NCBI RefSeq assembly: GCF_036588685.1
Contig: NC_086382.1
Coordinates: 55,800,001-55,864,000, forward strand
Reading direction: 5' to 3'
From: Mytilus trossulus
Lineage: Eukaryota
DNA length: 64,000 nt
Below, one piece after another: positions 40,476 to 53,100 of the stretch. A model generated the notes under the pieces. That model worked only from the letters and a program-made list of their open reading frames with translations, was not told the DNA's origin and searched no databases. The position numbers and the translations under genes were made by a program. Within the stretch, counting starts at the first letter, position 1, and every line of letters starts with the position of its first letter.

Positions 40476-40734
40476 CAGCTAATTTCCTAATGCATGAAGT
40501 GCAAAATGTTGGTTAGCTTGCTTGCTTTGTTTGTATATTGTGCAAACATATTAGGATAACACCCAATTGAATTCAAATATAATATATACCATGTATACAG
40601 GTTAAAATATGCCTATACATAATTTGTTTAAAGATGTCAATCTTATTCACAAAGCTTGTATAAACAATTATACAAACAAAATAAGCAAGCAAGCCAACAA
40701 AAGTTTTACTTTGCAAGCAGAAGGAAATCAGCTG
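40476..40734. mobile_element. TA-flanked MITE (Tc1/mariner-like)
   Basis: ta|cagctaatttcct...ttagcttgcttgctttgtttgtata pairs with tatacaaacaaaataagcaagcaagccaa...aggaaatcagctg|ta. Confidence 0.7.
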
Positions 40735-40747
40735 TAATACATGCCAT

Positions 40748-40930
40748 TTTCTCGTTTGAATTGTTTTACATTGTCTTATCAGTGTTTGGCCTTTTCTAGC
40801 TGACTATGCAGTATGGGCTTTGATCATTGTTGAAGGCCGTACAGTTACCTATAGTTGTAAATGTCTGAGTTATTTTGGTCTTTTGTGGATAGTTGTTTCA
40901 TTGGCAATCATACCACATCTTCTTTTTTAT
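40748..40930 (+). repeat. Short repeat sharing the Naiad-type 3' tail
   Basis: Matches 35260-35420. Further tails occur at ~11730-11845, 39510-39575, 42810-42920 (-) and 43850-43945. Confidence 0.65.
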
Positions 40931-41734
40931 ATGCCGTTCATCATGTTCCTTCCTGTTAGACATCTCTAAATAAAACACTGATTCACTATAAATAGTTGGT
41001 TTATCAAAATGTCAGTTAGTCCATTTTCATTATTTTGTTTTTTAAATTAAATATGCTTAATTAATTTCACAAGATTTTAAAGAAAATTAGTGGGGAATGT
41101 CTCCATGGGACACAGATGAAGCCCCCTCTTGCATGTGCTCTAAATGCTTTGTTTTCAGAGATATACTTTTTTTGTAAGCCAAAATCTATATTTTACCCCA
41201 ATGTTCAATTTTCCATACAAGGTTGGTTAAATAACAATAGCTGTATTTTGACCTAATGGTCAATTTTCCATAAGGTTCAAAATACCATATATGGGCCATC
41301 TTGCAATTGTACGAGTTTTTTTTTTTTGCTGTGTATTTACTAATGTTGATTCATTGATATATACCCCTTATAATTTATCAGTTGTTTCTCTACTGCATTT
41401 TATCCTTTTTTATAAATTCTCCTTACTATTTGGAACAGCAGTGAATCCCAAACTCTGTCTCACTAACAAATCTCAGATAAAAAGCAGTTCAGAAAGAAAG
41501 AACTTTCAAGAGGTTTTAGTTGAATGTTTAGTAGAAAAGTTCAAATTTCTGTTTGGTCAGACAAACACTTAAACAGTTTGGCACAGACTGTCAGCTGATT
41601 GTAACAGCAAAGTAACCTTAATATTTTTATAGTAATAAGTTTCAGCATAAATAATGTATTGAAAGCAAGTTGTCTTACAAAGTTCATATTCAATACAGTA
41701 AGTCTCGCAAAGAGCAAAAAAACGAAAGGCCACA

Positions 41735-42540
41735 TATTGTTTTTAAAACAATTTCACCTCATGTCAGATTTGCTCTAAATGCTTTGGTTTTTGAGTTATA
41801 AGCCAAAAACTGCATTTTACCCCTATGTTCTATTCTTAGCCATGGTGGCCATCTTGGTTAGTTGGCCAGGTCAAGGGACACATTTTTAAACTAGATACCC
41901 CAATGATGATTGTGGCCAAATTTGGATTAATTTTGCCAAGTAGTTTCAGAAGAGAAGATTTTTGTAAAAGATATAAACTCAGATTTACGAAAAATGGTTA
42001 AAAATTGACTAAGAAGGGCAATAACTCCTAAAGGGGTCAACTGACCATTTAGGTCATGTTGACTTAATTGTGAACCTTACTTTGCTGAACATTATTGCTT
42101 CTTACAGTTTATCTCTATCTGTAATAATATTCAAGATAATAACCAAAAACAGCAAAATTTCCTTAAAATTACCAATTCAGGGGCAGCAACATAACAACAG
42201 GTTGTTTGATTCATCTGGAAATTTCAGGACAAACAGATCTTAACCTGGTTACAATTTTACCCCATGTCAGATTTGCTCTAAATGCTTTGGTTTTTGAGTT
42301 ATAAGCCAAGAACTGCATTTATGTTCTATGTTCTATTTTTAGCCATGGCAGCCATCTTGGTTAATTGGCCAGGTCACCGGACACATTTTTAAACTAGATA
42401 CCCCAATGATGATTGTGGCCAAGTTAGGTTTAATTTGGCTCAGTAGTTTCAGAGGAGAAGATTTTTGTTAAAGTTAACAATGACGGACGCAAAGTGATGG
42501 GAAAAGCTCACTTGGCCCTTCGTGCCAGGTGAGCTAAAAA
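41735..42540 (+). mobile_element. Helentron/HINE-like non-autonomous repeat with internal ~500 bp-period duplication
   Basis: The block catgtcagatttgctctaaatgctttgg...gaagatttttgt occurs at ~41760 and ~42263. The 3' end has gacggacg and the hairpin agctcacttggc-ccttcgt-gccaggtgagct followed by aaaaa. Confidence 0.7.
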
Positions 42541-42924
42541 TCTTGCACCATACAAAAAATATACTTACAATTGCTGAATTTTACTTGAAACATTTATCAG
42601 GCGTCTTCCCTTGCCATTTTCTTCACCATTTGTGGAATTTTTTAAACATCCATGTACATGTACATTCCTGCATGATATAGGGTAGGTCAAATTTGATAAC
42701 TAGCCTAAAGGATAAAAAGAAATCCATTTCATAAAAATCTTACAGAAACTATTTTCATATTAATTTACAATTACAGTGTTCATGTGAAAGCCAAAATGAA
42801 GTTCATAGATATAAGAAGATGCGGTATGAGTGCCAATGAGATTACTCTTCATCCAAGTCACAATTTATAAAACAAGTAAAAGTAAACCATTAAAGGTCAA
42901 AGTACAGTCTTCAACATAGAGCTT

Positions 42925-43460
42925 TTTATAAATTTATAAAATCTGGTAACTCAAAAACCCAATATCTACAAATATAAAAATTGTAAGGGATCTCATGTCA
43001 GAAGAAATAAACAATTCACCAAATTTTTTGCAAGAAAAAGAAAACATTCTTGGGTTATTGACCGAAAACTGGAAAATCAACCTTTTTTATGGATATAAAA
43101 CCTAGTAACTCAGAAACGTAAAATGTAAAATTTATAAAAATTGAAAAGGAGTTCATGTCAACAGATATTAAAAAAAAATCACCAAAATTTCTTGCAAGTA
43201 GGAGAAAACATTTTTGAGTTATTGACTAAAAACTGAAGAATCATCCTTTTTTGATGAACAACCCTGCTACTCAGAAACTTAAAATATAAAATTTATAAAA
43301 ATTGAAAGGGAGCTCATGTCAAATTCACCAAAGTTTTATGCAAAATGGTTATATTAAAGCATTTATGAATTCATGTCCAACATGTTGACCATGGACAGAC
43401 AGACAACGGTATACCATAATACATACATGTATGTACTCCCATAAATGGGTGTATAAAAAG
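42925..43460 (+). repeat. HINE-like repeat with ~160 bp tandem units
   Basis: Three units of aactca(g/a)aaac...aaaattgaaa..ga..tcatgtca..ttcaccaaa, then gacagacagac and an A-rich end. Confidence 0.55.
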
Positions 43461-46400
43461 AAGAAACAAGAAAAACTTATGAACTTAGTAACTACATCAA
43501 CAAACAAAAACAAACAAAAACTACTAAACATCAGATTCCTGACTAAGGACAGGTGACACACAACTGCAGGGGTTTTAAATGTTTAAATGGTATCAAACTT
43601 GTACCCTTATCTGAAACAATAGTGGCAATTGTAAACTAAAGTTAACACAAGGAAACAAAAATTGATCATCATCCAATGTAATCCTGATAGATGGACCAAC
43701 AGTGCCTTAAATTCTTAATGCCTACATAAGGCAGTCTGCATAAAGTCTCAGTGGCAAATATTTCAGATATCAGTATAAACAATTCATGTCAATCAAATAA
43801 TTAAACTAAGAAGTGTATTTTATACTGAACTCACTATATTGGTTGAGGGAATATGTTGATGGCAGTACGGTGACCTATAATTGTTAATGTTTGTGTCATT
43901 TTGGTCTTTTGTGGATAGTTGTAATCATACCACATCTTCTTTTTCATACATATTTTGAACAGGTGTACAAATATTTTATATATTAAAACAAACCTTAGTA
44001 TAATGATAAAAACTGATTGTATCAAGTGCTACAATATTATATATTATTGCAGTGAGGTTAAAATCTCTGGCATTTATTGATTATCCACAAATACTTATCC
44101 GAGAATTTTTTTTCTCTATCATATACATGTATGTTATGATATTTTTCTAAGATCATCCATTAGAACTTGCAGTTGTCCTATAAAAATAGGAGATGTGATA
44201 TGATTGCCAATGACAAAACATTCAAGCAGATATGATTGGCTGCATTTGAACATCTCATTTATTATGGAGTCGAAGCTGCTTGATTTATTGTTTTTAGTGG
44301 TTGACAGGGGCTTGTTTAGTAGGCCAGACCAGCTTTTACTGTCAATAGCGATCGCTAACCTACATTTTTTGTAAATGTATATATTGTTTTTTTTACATAG
44401 GATAACGAATGCCATTGACAGTAAAAGCTTGTCTGACCCACCTGTGAGGGTTTAACTGCTTCTTTAATCTCTTTTTATACGATATATTTTGAGTGGTACA
44501 TGTATAATGCTATTGTGTCGTTATTGCCAATTCTTTTTTTCTTGGTGGTCCTTGGAAAATCTACTGGTCCTCACTATCAAGTCTATTAATAAATACTAAA
44601 ATTGTGTCAGTCCTATGCAACATCTTGGTGGTTAAATCCTGAGGACTGACACTTTTCGCAAACTCTGATTATACATTTCAATGGTTATAAACAGATAAAA
44701 GAGGGACGAAAGATACCAGAGTCATAAATCGAAAAATAAACTGACAACTTCATGACTAAAAATGAAAAGGACAAACCAATAGTTCACACGACACAACATA
44801 GGAAACTAAAGAATAAACAACACGAACCCCTCTTTTTTGGAAAAAAGTTTGTTTCCAGGTTTTGAAAATATTTGTTTTGGACCCTGAGAAAAAAAAATGT
44901 TTGTTTCACCCTCAGCTGCCACTATATGTAATGCTAAAATTGAAAGAAAAAAATTGTTTTCGGTTTGTCGCTAAAAAAATAGATTGTTCTTCGCCGAAAG
45001 GCAGAGACGTATTATATGTCTCTGCCGAACGGCCCGAAGGCGAAAAAAAAAGTTTGCACAGAAAAAACAACATAGCCCCCCCCCCCCCCCCCCCCAGCCC
45101 CCCCCCCCCCGAAAATCAAATGGTTGCTGAATACAGAATGCTGCCTAAGTTCGTGCATGTCTTTATAATTAAAACTGGATGAATCACAGAAGATTGATTC
45201 GGGTGAAGCTCTACTGTGATAATCATATTCAAGTGAGGTATATTTGCCGTTATTGTTGATAGGATTTCAAACTCCTATAGGATAGTCCTGTGGATAAATA
45301 AATCAGTTTTGGAAATGGCAAAATATCCTTTATGAAATGTTAATCAAATAAAATATTAAAGTTGAATTCTTACCCATCTTGTCTTTAGTGTCCTAGATTG
45401 AAGATATCCTACATTGTCCTAGCTGCATCTCATTTCTTCCATAAAATTTGCTTTCACGAATCATTCTGTATTCACGAATCTTAGTCTCACGAATCATGAT
45501 GTCAATATCATTGTCGTCTGTCTGAACGCTCGTTTCCGGGTGAACCGTACGGGCTAATATTAAACCAAAGACGAAACATTTAAGATTCCATTTAAACGGC
45601 ATTAAATGATTGAAATCTATCCGAAGATTTATAAGTCATTAAAACAAGTAAACATGATTAATAATTGTATGTAACCGATTGGACCTTAAAAAACTATATG
45701 AATGTGGATTCCGTAATTTCCTCGGAATCTCCATGCCAGTGTAATGGTATTTCCCGCGGTTATTTTTGTACAATAAAATACGGTATAACTACAATTTTGC
45801 AAAGACTCAATCAGTGTAAGTATATCGATACTGTGAATCAATTAACATGAAAAATTGTAATTTCTAATTAATTTTACTGGACACATAATGATATTAAACA
45901 CACGGGCACCTGGTCAATTCGTCACCTTAGTTAAGCCCATTTAAGTCAAATCGGCACCTTTTTTCAGGAAATTTCTGCAATTGATTTTTTAACTGCCACC
46001 TTATATTAAAAACGGTTTTCATCTTTTATATGCAAGAAGTTTTTGGAACTCTTCTCTACTGCTGTATATAGTAATACAGACGAGGAAAAAAAGAAGAGAA
46101 AACACTTAAATTTTATCACAGATTTTTTTTTTGAATAATCTGCCTTTCCTGATTTTCCTGATCTTTTCAGTGGCAGATCCATAACTTTTTCTGACTGACC
46201 TAACGGGGGCCCGCTCCAGTCATGCTCCAATGATTCCCTATATAATCAACAAAATTTTCCCCACAAAGGGGGGGGGGTAAATGTATAATGGTAGATGGAG
46301 ATCCAGCACTGTATATAAATAGAGCACCTAGATTCTACATGTAAAAATATGGTTTCTTTTTCAAAGGAGGTTTAAGGATCAGTTCAATTATATTAGATAG

Positions 46401-47561
46401 TTTATAAAACAATTATGGGAGTCTTCAATAGTTCACTTGCAAAACTGTAACATAATAGTAATTTTGGATGTGGACGTAACCACTGTGGGTTACCCGAATT
46501 AAAAAGGGGTGGATTTGACTTTTTATGCCATATTGACTATCAAAGGTGCCCATTTGACCAGGTGCCAAACATGGCAAAATGACCAGAATTCAGACACAGT
46601 GTTAAAAAAATTAAGATGTATACAATTTTTTGTTGAAATGCACACTACACTGGCAGCTTTTAAGCTACATTAGATTGTAACTTGAGTTATATTTCTTGTA
46701 AGTAATTATACATGTGTTAAAAATTATACCGTTTTGAATGATGATATTGAAAATAAGGAGATCAATGTAGTATGATTGCCTATGAGATTACTATCTACTA
46801 ATGTCCATATGAACTGGATTTAAGCATCTATATAGGACACCTTAATACCTTTAACAATAAACAAAGCTCATACTGTCAGCTACAAAAAATGTATAACAGG
46901 CCATCAAGGCTTAATGACATGACACAATGTTAAATGATTTGCCAAGGTAAATCAAAAATGGCAGACTGCATCCAACAACAACTAAATTTCATCTGGACTT
47001 GGAACAGGCATAAATAGAATGTACGTGTACTGGGACTGTTGTGTAACAGCACAAAAGAGGAACAAAGTGGTGAAATCGTTTAGAAATTGTTTTGATTCAT
47101 TGAATTGGAACAAAGCTAAAAAAAACATCTAACATGAAGACAAACAATCAAAACTTAATAGTACTTTCAGTTACTAGTATTGAAAGCTCATTAAAAGCTA
47201 AAAAAAACTCAAACATTAATATATAAACCATTTTTTCCCATACACATATACATGTATATATATGTATAGATGTAATTATCAGAGCAATTTGTTTTACAAT
47301 TTTTGTTTAACATTTTTCATTATCTAATAAACTGATATATTTTTTATTAAAGTTTCCAAGCAAGTCAATACATGCAATAACAAAAAAAATTTGGGACAAG
47401 ACAATGTTTAAAAAACGTGACCAAAGAAAAGAAAAGAAAATGTACTTGTAATCGACACTGGAGAAAAATGGACTCTTCAGGTAAGAAGTTTTATTCTGCA
47501 ATGACTTTTGTTTAATAGTTTATCTGTTTTTGAATAAAAGAATGTGTAAAGTATATTTTAG

Positions 47562-47685
47562 TGGGACAGCATCCCAACAAACAATAAATCAGAAGAGATA
47601 TCAAGTGGTAAATATTTTGCTTACTGAATCAGACAAAGTTAATACCAAATGTGCCATGCTATAAATTATCCTTCATCTGAAGAAG
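47562..47685 (+). pseudogene. Candidate decayed exon inside the CACAG transposon
   Basis: tttag|TGGGAC...GAAGAAG|gtatga. Upstream donor cag|gtaaga at 47481 and downstream acceptor tttacag| at 48221; the frames contain stops. Confidence 0.35.
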
Positions 47686-49050
47686 GTATGAATATACATA
47701 TATGCAACCGGAATTTTACAGAAAAAAAATCTGTCCTTTATTATGTCTATATATGCTAGCTGCAAATTTTTCACTGCATTTGCATAACTAGTTAGGTTAG
47801 TACTTTTTCATCTTTTTAAAATTTTGTCTTGCAAAACAACACATTGCAGGGATAAAGTAAATGCATCAAGTTTTCATTTTATCCATTTTTTTGCATGTTT
47901 ACACATTCTTTTTCCCATACAATGTTTTGGTGAAGTTAAATAATAGTAGTTAGTACACATGTTGCCACTTGGAAATATAAATGATATGAAAAATACTATT
48001 GTGAGCTCTCTCAAGCCTAGCTTTAGAAAACTGCATTTGTTACTTATTTCAAGAATATATACCTGTTGATTTTGCACATTTTTTTCATAAGAATGTTCAT
48101 TATATTTTTGCCTTTCATGAACCTTTAACTTTCAGTTACATTCAGTTCTTGTGAAATTTGACATCTCTTATACAAACATCACAAATGTCTTTTTACTTAA
48201 TCATCTTTTTTATGTTTACAGAAGAAATTGTCACATGGAAATGTCTTGGGCAGATTAAAAAGAAGAAGTAACTGTGCCAGGAAGCAGTTCCAGTCATTTG
48301 CAGCAACAGGACTGTGATGAATAGAACTTTTATATGAATTGAATCAAAATATAGAATTTAACAAACTTGTGTCAGATGATATACTCTTATGATGCTATTG
48401 AAGGACATCAATGATGAGAAAGAAGTAAAGGAAAAGACAATAAATGACAGCATATCAAATATCACAATGTATATTAAGTCAGTTAATACATTGTTTCAAC
48501 TTCATACTTTACAGCATTTCATTTTAACCATGTGTGAATTTTGTCTATTCAAGCTTAACCAAATACTTTAAAATTAAGATATTAAATATTTTAGGCAGAC
48601 ATGTTTTTGTATTTTTTCATTTATTTTTCAAACTTTCAAGTTATTACATTATTCAGTGGCGGATCCAGCCAAAAGCCCATTTTTCAAAGGGGTTTTCCAA
48701 CCAAGGATAAAGGAGGAATTCTAATCGTGTCTTTCATTTTTAAATTGTTAATTTCCACAATAAAGATAAAACATATAAGCCAAAGATAAAAAAATCAGTC
48801 ATAAAAAAAATATAATTTTGAAATTCATGTAAAACGCATGTAAAACATGTATTTTACATGAGTTTGTATTAACATGTGTTTTACACATGTGAAGTATTTC
48901 ATGCGTTTTGTAACGCATATTTAATATATGTTTTTGCACGCCTATTATACGCATGTTGTAAAAAACATGCATTAAACGCACAAAAAAGATACGTTTTACA
49001 CACGTTTTCTTTAACATGCGTGAAACATGCGTGGCACTTTTTGCTGTGTA

Positions 49051-49200
49051 AGTTGATTGGACCTTAACTTCATTAAAAACTACTTTGACCAAAATTTTAA
49101 CCTGAGGCGGGACAAACAAAAGAACGGACTAACGGACGAACAGACAGACGCACAGACCAGAAAATATACTGCCCCTCTTCTATCATATGTGGGGCATAAC
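49051..49200 (+). mobile_element. 3' half of the Helentron/HINE-like repeat
   Basis: Microsatellite-like gacg/gaca tract followed by a terminal hairpin tgcccc...ggggca and an A-rich end. Confidence 0.6.
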
Positions 49201-49714
49201 AATATTTATTGATATAATTTTAGCTTATATTTCTTATGTTAAAATTTCATTTTGAAATTTCAACATTCGCATATTTCAGGGCTTGTATGTTAATACCAAA
49301 TATTTGAAATAATGGTTTGATGTTTAAAAATAACTTTTCATGCAATGATGATTGGTTAATAATACAAGTCATCACTCTAAATGTTTACGACCAACCGCAT
49401 GATTTAGTGATTGTACATGAATCTTTAAAAAATGTTTTTAGAGCAATCAGGATTATACTTTGGTCCGAAATGTGATAATTTCTACGTCATAAGAGTGGCA
49501 CTCGAATAATAACACTACATCGGGCAGAGGGTTCAAAGTTTATAAATTTCAGAACCAAGATTTATAAAGATATACATTTTTTGCGTTCAACATTGTTTAC
49601 ATTATTCTCCAAACAATTACTTTTAGTGTATTCCTAAACATAACTTAATCAAGAGTTGTTTGACATTTATGAAATATCTATTTCACAGATAATGACGGAT
49701 ATGTTTTAATATGA

Positions 49715-50120
49715 AATCATCCCTTCGTAAATTTTACGGACGCCATCGCCAATTGGTTGACCAATATTGAATAACCGTTTCGCAAATGATATCGGATATG
49801 TTCCTTACGTTGTAACTTCAATCCCCTTCCCTTTCATGAATGTGAAATACTACCGAATTAGACTACTTACCGGATTTGTTATCATATAAGCCACACGACG
49901 GGTGCCCCATATGGAGCAGGATCTGCCTATCCTTCCGGAGCACATCAGATCACCCCTAGTGTTCAGTGGGGTTCGTGTTGTTTATTCTTTAGTTTTCGAT
50001 ATTGTGTCATGTGTACTATTGTTTGTCTGTTTGTCTTTTTCATTTTTTGCCATGGCGTTGTCAGTTTGTTTTAGATTTATGAGTTTGTCTGTTCCTTTGG
50101 TATCTTTCGTCCCTCTTTTA
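49715..50120 (+). mobile_element. Shorter 3' fragment of the same second PLE family
   Basis: Colinear with 55110-55460 and ending ggtatctttcgtccctctttt. Related tails occur at 1-80, 31686-31840 (-) and 44697-44830 (-). Confidence 0.7.
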
Positions 50121-53100
50121 AATTCTCATTACCTCAATCTCCGCATTAGAAATGATACCAAATTAATGCATAAATAAGAAATATGACGACTACCAAAAGA
50201 GGATCAGGATTAACCACATTAAAACACTTACGACAATCGCGACTTTTTTGTTTGTTAGCCTTAAGTTTTATATGATGTGTTATTTTTATTTTTTATAATT
50301 GTTTTTGCAAAAAAAGTGTCAGTTTGTATTTAATAAATGTGTTGGAATAAATATATGTCTTTTTTCAGAATTTCTTACATATCAGCAGTAAAATTACTAA
50401 AGTGATTTGCAGTAGCTGTAAGTATTTTATTATATGTATAATTTTCTATCACATATCTTGATAAATTTGCAATAACATATACAAGTGTTGATGTCCTTGA
50501 TTGCACTGACATAATTTTTACCTTTTTATTGATGCATTTGAAAGTTACTCAACAATGCATAATTTATTGATTAAGATCTCCACTGTTTGTTTATTTATGA
50601 TTTCAAATGTATGGTGTCCATTGTCAGTGAGATATAGAATAAATTTCATGAATGTATTTTTTGTGCAACAAAATCAATACTTTATTTTTTGTATTATTTT
50701 GTGGTAAACTTTGCCAGGTGAAGCACGCCGCTGAGTGCGAGACTATTCTAACTGCATTGGATAAACACTGGTGTCCGTCGATTGTTATCTGCTCTTTGAT
50801 CGTTTGTTGTCTCTTTGACACATTTCTAATTTTCTTCATAAATGTTTTATTCCTCTACCAATGTACTCTACGTTTTTCCATTTAAAGTAACACCTACAAA
50901 TGAAATGAATTTATTTCATTTTATCTTTTAGGTAAGGGAATAAAAAATGTGACATTTAACGAACATTATATGTCACTAATGACAAATCAATAATGGAAAC
51001 AAGTTGAGTAAAATATGTGTATGTATTTGTATACATTTGGGAGATGTCGTCTAACTTAATGAATAGATAGTAATGTATTGCTCTGGTTAGGGACTTGAAG
51101 TGAATTTGTAAGACAGTGGTTTCATATGGGAATTCTTTTAACTGAAGATCTATGGATAGGTCTTTAATATTCAATCTTCAATATATGTTCTTTCTATGTT
51201 TCACTTAATAGTTGTTTCGTATGAAATAATAATGGTATCATTGGCATGAAATTGTGGTATGAATGAGTGCAACGGTCAATCAGTTTCCAGATGTTTTCAT
51301 TTATTTCTTTATTTATTTATTTTTATTTCAAATTCGAACGAAAACATACACATGATATATTTTTATAAAAAAAGCTTAAACTATTATCGTGTAGAAAAAC
51401 AATTTTTGACACATATCTGAAAAGGTAGTCGTGTTAAGTACCTATGTGAAAATATTTAGATACTTATGATGTAATCAGCAACCTGGTCATATAGTTTCGG
51501 TCAAGCTTTTGCCATATGACATGTTATTCAGCAGGAATAATGATCAATTACAGCGGCTAATCCCCTACTACACATTACGAAGTAAATGTCCATCATAAGT
51601 TTTAATGTTGCAATCCAGAGAATATAATATAGTAATAAACATGAATAAAGCAATGACAATTTAAAGAAACACTTTAGTTTTCAATTTTCCTCTCAATTGT
51701 AAGTTACTAATTCTGATTTGTACAGGTTATATTTGGAAATTCCACAGAAACAATGAAACCATTACTTCTGTTATCAAATAGACATTATGTTTGCCATGAA
51801 ACAACTTGTGATTATTTGACATATTTTTTTTCAGAAAAATTAAAACAAATTGTGTGTTTACCTCAAAAACATAATCAATCATTTATTTTGAGATTTAGTA
51901 ACATGACTAATATTAGAAGTTACACAAAGTCAATCTGGAAAAAAGGTTAAGATTAATTTGATATTTACACAACATTGTTTTCTCATCTGTTAGCCTTGAA
52001 AAAAATCCTTACACTTAAGAGTAGCACATTTCAACGAGTGAAAAATTAATTGAACATTTGTTTAAAAAAAAAAACGCTTTAAAATTTTCATTTTAATCAA
52101 AACTCTAAATGCTGCCAATGGATTATCCTCGTTTTCATTTTTTATAAAAAGAATACATTAGACTAGAATGAGAAATAAAATTCATTTTACACAATAAATC
52201 AATTTAAAAAATATATATATATGAATAAGTCATCATGATGCATGTGGTAACTTGTACTAGTGTCTTTTTTTTTTTTCTACATATATTTAAGAGTTACACA
52301 TCTTCTGTTTTAACAAAGTAATCATTGATAAAAATGTCAACATAACAATCTAACAATCATATACTAGAATATGCATCAACACTACAATAGTTAGAACCTT
52401 TTTGGCCTAGTTTTAATTTAAAAGGTCAACATACAAAGTGATTTGTGGGTTAATATACATGATATATTTTCAATGTACATTTGATTTTAATTTAAATTGA
52501 TTTTTTAACATACTACGACAAAAAGTATTAAATTCTTTACATGAGTGTTTAAAATAATTAAAATCTTTTTGTAGACAGAGTAAGGGATATTAATATAAAC
52601 ATATGCTCAGGGATTTTCCAGTAGCTCAAATTAATTTGTTGACATTAAACATTGTTGCGGCAAAAATTAGTCATTTAATTTTATTATAAATATTTAAAAT
52701 CATTAATGTATCATTCAGAGACATCATAAAATGGCATGATAAAAAGTTCGAAAAATGAAAATGTAAAACTATTCATTTAGGAGGCGTTATAGCTTGGACT
52801 CGAATTTATTATTTTGTGGAAGAGCTACATTGTAACTTTCCCTGTTTGATTAAGTTTAGATAGAATATTAATAGTCATGTCATAGTAAACGTTGTTTTGC
52901 AGCTGGACGCGAGTATGTGTTGATTCTAACAACCGATTACTGACTACTTGATTTAATTGTTATAACTTGTAAAATAATAATCTATACAAAATTGTTACGA
53001 CAAAAAATCATAGAATTATATTATACACTCAGGACCAAGATGTCTAAAGCAACACGAACCACACATTTGATGTATTATTTAAACTAAAAAAAATACTGGT

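Larger units (their letters stand above)
38052..49048. mobile_element. ~11 kb non-autonomous DNA transposon with CACAG termini and TA duplication (CMC/EnSpm-like)
   Basis: Left ta|cacagggaaaagtgccacgcgtgttttacg; right cgtgaaacatgcgtggcactttttgctgtg|ta. Subterminal arrays of acatgcgttt/aaacgcatgt at 38052-38440 and 48825-49048. No transposase ORF. Confidence 0.85.

Noticed and set aside
44862-45182. Proline-rich 106-aa ORF
   Set aside because: The polyproline comes from a poly-C tract (~45076-45110) in repeat-like sequence.
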